DNA of 64,000 nt from Vulcanimicrobiales bacterium. GTDB lineage: Bacteria; Vulcanimicrobiota; Vulcanimicrobiia; Vulcanimicrobiales; Vulcanimicrobiaceae. A model generated the notes under the pieces. The model worked only from the letters and a program-made list of their open reading frames with translations. It was not told the origin of the DNA and made no database searches. The first letter of the stretch is position 1, and each line of letters starts with the position of its first letter. Positions 59,058-64,000 of the stretch are shown in pieces. Location of the stretch: NCBI GenBank assembly GCA_038231455.1, contig JBBRLI010000011.1, forward strand, positions 51,922 to 115,921, read 5' to 3'. The position numbers were made by a program, and so were the translations under genes.

Positions 59058-59127
59058 CGGCTCTTTCTCTACTCGTAGGAACGGACGGTCGCGCCGCATT
59101 GGAGCGCGACGAAAGGAAGTCTATCTA

Positions 59128-60579
59128 GTGGCAAATCATAGCGTCGACGCGGTCGTCATCGGCGCGGGTCCCGGCGGATATCACGCTGCGATCCGCCTCG
59201 GGCAGCTCGGCAAAACCGTCGTCTGCTTCGACCGCGACGAGGTCGGGGGCGTCTGCCTCAACTGGGGCTGTATCCCGACCAAAGCGCTCTTGCACGTTGG
59301 TGAGGTCACCCGGCACATCAACCACGCCGAAGAAATCGGGATCACCGTCCCGCAGGCGATCATCAATCGCGAAGGCGTGGTCGCCTTCAAAGACAAGGTT
59401 GTCAAAGCCAACGTCGGCGGTGTCTCGCAGCTCTTCAAAGCAAACAACGTGCAGTTCGCCTACGGCGATGCGTCGTTTACGGGCAAGAATACGGTCACGC
59501 TCAAGAAGCGCGAAGGCGGCGAAGATACCTACGAATTCAAAGACGCCGTGATCGCGACGGGCTCCGCGCCGATCGATGTGAAAGCCTGGCCGCGCGACAG
59601 CGATACGATCATCAATTCCGATGATGCCGTACAGATGAAACGCATCCCGAAGAATTTGCTCGTCGTCGGCGGCGGCGTGATCGGTCTTGAGTTTGCGACC
59701 GTGTTCGGCCGCATGGGCGCAAAAGTGCTCGTCGTCGAGGCCCTCGGTCAGCTCCTTACCGGCACCGATGCTGAGATTTCGAAGACGTTGCAGCGTATCC
59801 TCAAGAAACAAGGCGTTGAGTTCGCGCTGAACACCAAAGTGGAAACGGTCGAGAAGACCGGACCGCAGACGGTTAAAGTCACGATCAACGGCGAGTATAC
59901 GAATAACAAACCGGAAACGCGTGAGTACGATACCGTGCTCGTTTCAGTCGGTCGGAAACCCATCACCGATACGCTCAATCTCGCTGCGGTCGGTCTGGCA
60001 ACGAACGACAAAGGCTTCATCGACGTCGATGCGCAGCGCCGCACGAACGTCGCCGGAATCTGGGCGATCGGCGATGTGACGGGCGCGCCGATGCTCGCAC
60101 ATAAAGCAATGAAAGAAGGCGTCGTCGCCGCTGAAGCGATCTCGGGCGATAAGTCCGCGGCCTTCGATCCGGTTGCGATCCCGAACTGCGTCTACACCGA
60201 TCCCGAAGTCGCGACGATCGGTCTCTCGGAAGAAGAGGCCAAAGCCGCCGGTTACGAGATCAAAGTCGGCAAGTTCCCGCTAATCGCATCGGGTCGCGCA
60301 CGCACGATGAACGAGACCGACGGTCTCATCAAACTCGTCGGCGACGCCAAGACCGATTTATTGCTCGGGATGCATATCATCGCACCGCAAGCCGAATCGC
60401 TCATCGGCGAAGGCGTGATCGCACTCGAAATGGGCGCGACGATCGAAGACATCGGTCTCTCGATCCATCCGCATCCAACGCTCACGGAATCCATCGGCGA
60501 CGCGGCGGAATTCATGCACGACAAAGCCATCCACATCATCAACGCTAAGAAAGTGGCGAAGCAGCCCGCGGCTGTCTAA
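59128..60579 (+). CDS. lpdA: Dihydrolipoyl dehydrogenase E3
   Basis: GAGPGG, GGVCLNWGCIPTK, GGGVIGLE, HPHPTLTE. Confidence 0.97.
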   Translation: MANHSVDAVVIGAGPGGYHAAIRLGQLGKTVVCFDRDEVGGVCLNWGCIPTKALLHVGEVTRHINHAEEIGITVPQAIINREGVVAFKDKVVKANVGGVSQLFKANNVQFAYGDASFTGKNTVTLKKREGGEDTYEFKDAVIATGSAPIDVKAWPRDSDTIINSDDAVQMKRIPKNLLVVGGGVIGLEFATVFGRMGAKVLVVEALGQLLTGTDAEISKTLQRILKKQGVEFALNTKVETVEKTGPQTVKVTINGEYTNNKPETREYDTVLVSVGRKPITDTLNLAAVGLATNDKGFIDVDAQRRTNVAGIWAIGDVTGAPMLAHKAMKEGVVAAEAISGDKSAAFDPVAIPNCVYTDPEVATIGLSEEEAKAAGYEIKVGKFPLIASGRARTMNETDGLIKLVGDAKTDLLLGMHIIAPQAESLIGEGVIALEMGATIEDIGLSIHPHPTLTESIGDAAEFMHDKAIHIINAKKVAKQPAAV

Positions 60580-60585
60580 CCCACG

Positions 60586-61293
60586 ATGGACGACGGTCGC
60601 GAGGTCCGGCTGCTCGATCTCGGGCGCCGCGGCTATCGCGACGTCTGGGCGCTGCAGCGCGAATTACACGCGGCAGTTGCGGAAGACCGCGAACGTGAGA
60701 CGTGGATCGTTGTCGAACACGATCCCGTCATCACGCTCGGGCGCAAAGCAAACGAGAGCAACCTGTTGCTCTCGCGCGCGATGCTCGAAGCGCGCGGCGT
60801 TGATGTCCTCGCGGTCGAACGTGGCGGCGATGTTACCTACCACGGACCGGGACAAGTCGTCGTCTATCCGATTCGTAAACTCGAGCGCTTTCGCGAAGTC
60901 GTACCGCTCGTCTCGCAGTTAGAACGTGCCGTCATCGCGGCACTCGCGGAGTTCGGCATCGAGGCACGCGGCCGCAAAGAGCACCGCGGGGTCTACATCG
61001 GCGAGAACGCGATTTGCGCCGTGGGCCTCGCGATCCAGCGGATGACATCCCTTCACGGCATCGCGCTTAACGTCGCAACGGCGCTCGACTACGATCGCCT
61101 TATCACGCCGTGCGGGACGCCGGAATTTGGAATCACCTCGGTCTCCCACGAACTCGGCCGCGCCGTGGACTTTGGCCAGGGACGCGACGTGCTCTTAGGC
61201 GCAATCGAACGCGATTTCGGAATCCACTTCATCCGCGTCGAAAAGGACGCAACCCCGGCGCCTTCTTCGGCGTCGCTACGAGTAGGATCATGA
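60586..61293 (+). CDS. lipB: Lipoyl(octanoyl) transferase
   Basis: EHDPVITLG, RGGDVTYHGPGQ, HGIALNV, ITPCG. Confidence 0.93.
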   Translation: MDDGREVRLLDLGRRGYRDVWALQRELHAAVAEDRERETWIVVEHDPVITLGRKANESNLLLSRAMLEARGVDVLAVERGGDVTYHGPGQVVVYPIRKLERFREVVPLVSQLERAVIAALAEFGIEARGRKEHRGVYIGENAICAVGLAIQRMTSLHGIALNVATALDYDRLITPCGTPEFGITSVSHELGRAVDFGQGRDVLLGAIERDFGIHFIRVEKDATPAPSSASLRVGS

Positions 61294-62162
61294 TCGAACA
61301 AACAAAGCCCCATACGCCGAAGCCCCCGTGGCTCAAGGTGCAATTACCGCATGGCGAGAGCTATGAGGGCGTGCGCGCGGAGGTCAAACGCCTCCAGCTC
61401 AACACCGTCTGCCAAGAAGCGATGTGCCCGAACATCGCCGAGTGCTGGGGTGCGGGCACGGCAACGATCATGATCTTGGGCGACACGTGCACGCGCGGTT
61501 GCCACTTTTGTGCGGTCAAGACGGGCAGCCCCAAAGGCGAAGTCGACTGGCTCGAACCCAAGCGCGTCTCCGAAGCCGTAGCCGAGATGGGCTGGAAATA
61601 TCTGGTCCTCACGGCGGTCGATCGTGACGATCTGCCCGACGGCGGCGCGACGATTTTTGCCAACACCGTGCGCATGATTCACAAAAAAGTGCCGGATGCA
61701 AAAGTGGAATGTCTCACGGGCGATTTCGCGGGCGACCTCAAGGCGCTCGAAATCGTGCTCGAAGCGCAGCCCGAAGTGCTCGCGCATAATCTTGAGACCG
61801 TACGCCGTTTGCAGCGCTCGGTCCGCGATTTGCGCGCGAACTTCGATCAGTCGCTCTCCATTCTCGCGCACGCGAAGAAGAGCGGCCTGGTGAAGTTCAC
61901 CAAAACCTCACTGATGCTCGGCCTCGGCGAAACCGACGACGAGATCGAAGCGACCATGGATGAGGCGCGCTCGGTCGGCGTCGACATCTTCACGATGGGC
62001 CAATATCTCCAACCCTCGAAAAAGCATCTCGACGTCGTCGAATTCGTAACGCCCGAGAAGTTCGAAGCGCTGCGGAAACTCGGAATGAGTAAAGGCTTCC
62101 GCCAGGTCGTTTCGAGCCCGCTCTCGCGCAGCTCGTACCACGCCGAACAAGTCTTCCACTAG
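61290..62162 (+). CDS. lipA: Lipoyl synthase
   Basis: CQEAMCPNIAEC, CTRGCHFC, RSSYHA; ATGA overlap with lipB. Confidence 0.97.
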   Translation: MIEQTKPHTPKPPWLKVQLPHGESYEGVRAEVKRLQLNTVCQEAMCPNIAECWGAGTATIMILGDTCTRGCHFCAVKTGSPKGEVDWLEPKRVSEAVAEMGWKYLVLTAVDRDDLPDGGATIFANTVRMIHKKVPDAKVECLTGDFAGDLKALEIVLEAQPEVLAHNLETVRRLQRSVRDLRANFDQSLSILAHAKKSGLVKFTKTSLMLGLGETDDEIEATMDEARSVGVDIFTMGQYLQPSKKHLDVVEFVTPEKFEALRKLGMSKGFRQVVSSPLSRSSYHAEQVFH

Positions 62163-62177
62163 CAGTACGCGAAGCAA

Positions 62178-63587
62178 CTGGAACATCTAGACGGACTGCC
62201 GCCGGACAAACGCCGGCTCGCCGTCATCACCGTCGCCGTCGGCACGTTCATGGCGATTCTCGACGGCTCGATTGCAAATACCGCGCTGCCGACGATCGCA
62301 AGCGAACTGCACACCTCAGCCGCCGCTTCGATTTGGGTCGTCAACGCGTTCAACCTTGCTGTGACGATGTCGCTCTTGACGTTCGCCTCGCTCGGCGATT
62401 CCGTCGGCTACAGCCGCATGTATACGATCGGACTTGCCATCTTCACCGCCGGGTCGCTTGCGTGCGCGCTCTCGCACACGCTGCCGATCCTCATCGCATC
62501 GCGCGCACTGCAAGGCCTCGGCGCCGCAGCCGTGATGGCAAACGGTCCAGCGATTTACCGCCAGATTTTCCCCCACGATCAACTCGGCCGCGCGCTCGGC
62601 CTCTCGGGTGTGATCGTCGCAACGAGTTCCGCTGCAGGGCCAACCATCGGCGGCACGATCCTGGCCGTCGCGGCGTGGCCGTGGATCTTTGCGATCAACG
62701 TGCCGCTCGGAATTTTTGCCGTTCTCTTCTCGCGCCGCGCGCTTCCGCGCGAGCCCGGCAGCGGTGGTCGACTCGATCCGGCAAGCGTCGCACTCAGCGC
62801 ACTTGCACTCGGATCGCTCATCTTCGCATTCGACGGGTTCGCTCGCCGAACGTCGCTTGTGTCGATCGCGCTGGAAGCAGCGCTCGGCGTCCTCTGCGCG
62901 ACCTTCTTCATTCGACGGTCGCTCGCGCTCCCGCGCCCGCTCATCGCAATCGATCTCTTCACCAAAGGGACATTCACGCTCGCGACACTCACCGCACTCT
63001 GCACCTACATCGCACAAGGCCTCGCTTACGTCTCACTTCCGTTCTTCTTCCAAAGCGCGCTCGGGCGCACGCCCTTTGAGTCCGGCTTACTGCTTACGTC
63101 GTGGCCGCTGGCCGTCGCGTGCATCGCGCCGATCGCCGGGCGTCTGTCGGATCGCTATCCGGCGGGGATTCTCTCGACAATCGGACTCTCGATTCTCTCT
63201 CTTGGGCTCGGACTGTATGCGGTCATGCCTGCACAGCCCAGCGTTCTATCGATCGTCGTCCACGGTGCGATCTGCGGAATCGGCTTTGGCTTCTTTCAAT
63301 CTCCGAACAATCGGTCGCTCATCGGCAGCGCTCCGCGTGCGAAGAGCGGTAGCGCGTCGGGCGTGCTTGCGACCGTTCGTCTTAGCGGACAAACCATCGG
63401 CGCCGCCGTCGTCGGGATCGTTTTCGCAACGCTCGGCGCCGACGCCGCGCACGGCTCGGCGCTCGAACACACCGTGCGCACCGCTACGCCGATCGGTCTT
63501 TGGATCGCCTGTGGGTCGGCTGCAACCGGCGCGGTGCTCAGCGGTCTGCGACTCGGCGCGCGCCAGGTAGCAGCGCCGCAAGGGTGA
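62178..63587 (+). CDS. DHA2-type MFS transporter (YebQ-like)
   Basis: DGLPP..R, LDGSIANTALPTIA, RALQGLG, GFFQSPNN; first ATG is 62250, but a conserved-looking N-terminus extends to CTG 62178. Confidence 0.9.
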   Translation: MEHLDGLPPDKRRLAVITVAVGTFMAILDGSIANTALPTIASELHTSAAASIWVVNAFNLAVTMSLLTFASLGDSVGYSRMYTIGLAIFTAGSLACALSHTLPILIASRALQGLGAAAVMANGPAIYRQIFPHDQLGRALGLSGVIVATSSAAGPTIGGTILAVAAWPWIFAINVPLGIFAVLFSRRALPREPGSGGRLDPASVALSALALGSLIFAFDGFARRTSLVSIALEAALGVLCATFFIRRSLALPRPLIAIDLFTKGTFTLATLTALCTYIAQGLAYVSLPFFFQSALGRTPFESGLLLTSWPLAVACIAPIAGRLSDRYPAGILSTIGLSILSLGLGLYAVMPAQPSVLSIVVHGAICGIGFGFFQSPNNRSLIGSAPRAKSGSASGVLATVRLSGQTIGAAVVGIVFATLGADAAHGSALEHTVRTATPIGLWIACGSAATGAVLSGLRLGARQVAAPQG

Positions 63588-63620
63588 AGCGCTAGTCACT
63601 GCCGTCACTGGAGAATTCGC

Positions 63621-64000
63621 ATGGTTGAATCACGCGCATCGCTCGTCCCGCACGACAAACTGATCCCCTTCGCACCGGGCATTTCGTGGGCCGTCCTACC
63701 GGGTGACGGAATGACGCTCGTCTACTGGGTGTTCGAACCGCCGACGTGCGGCGATGTCCCCGTTCACCAGCACGCCGTCGGTCAAGGCGGAATCGTGCTC
63801 GAAGGCTCGATCCAGTTACACGACGAGCACGGCACGAAAACCACGCTTCGACCGGGTGATATGTATACGCTCAAGAGCAACGCGCCGCATGGCGCCGTCT
63901 TCACCGAACGCTGCGTCATCGTCGACGTCTTTTCACCGAACCGCGTGGAATACGAAGAACGCTACGCTGCGCGTACGCAAGCCGAAACGTTCGTCGTCGT
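63621..64000 (+). CDS. Cupin domain protein (runs off the window)
   Basis: GGAG SD; VPVHQH..Q..IVLEG, LRPGD..NAPH, DVFSP.R cupin motifs. Confidence 0.85.
   Translation, partial: MVESRASLVPHDKLIPFAPGISWAVLPGDGMTLVYWVFEPPTCGDVPVHQHAVGQGGIVLEGSIQLHDEHGTKTTLRPGDMYTLKSNAPHGAVFTERCVIVDVFSPNRVEYEERYAARTQAETFVV

Overview
Gene-dense bacterial chromosomal window, GC-rich by eye, with about 55 CDS. I found no rRNA, tRNA, CRISPR array, transposase, integrase or phage genes. The window mixes Terrabacteria-type core genes (RNase J, DnaK without the N-terminal insert, short MutY) with outer-membrane proteins (TolC, TonB-dependent receptor). This points to a diderm Terrabacteria lineage such as Ca. Eremiobacterota/Vulcanimicrobiota, which is an inference only. 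Contents in order: ftsK, PAP2, amidase plus a Tat-signal small partner, Uma2 nuclease, rnj; a Yip1-Yip1-TolC-MFP-MacB-MacB-ATPase exporter followed by htrA; an AraC/SDR cassette; dnaK-grpE-dnaJ; several ABC systems; acyl-CoA synthetase; an orphan multi-TM/GAF-like sensor; VIT1; S9 peptidase; nth; Mo-oxidoreductase; tandem DUF4397-like lipoproteins; mutY; a MocR regulator divergent from aceE-aceF; an SGNH-like/VPS10/TBDR/VPS10 block; lpdA-lipB-lipA; MFS; cupin. Best signals not in the ORF track: (1) a stand-alone 18-aa Lys/Ala micro-gene with a strong SD and terminator; (2) five 21-bp-phased repeats between mocR and the PDH operon; (3) a TGRMAC-N16-YGTA ECF-type promoter shared by the Yip1 exporter, htrA and dnaK; (4) a Tat-tagged GatC/AtzG-like subunit coupled to a signal-less amidase; (5) LipB with Ala at the catalytic Lys position; (6) apparent ATA and CTG start codons; (7) five AraC-type boxes. 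All product calls come from motif recognition; no database searches were run.
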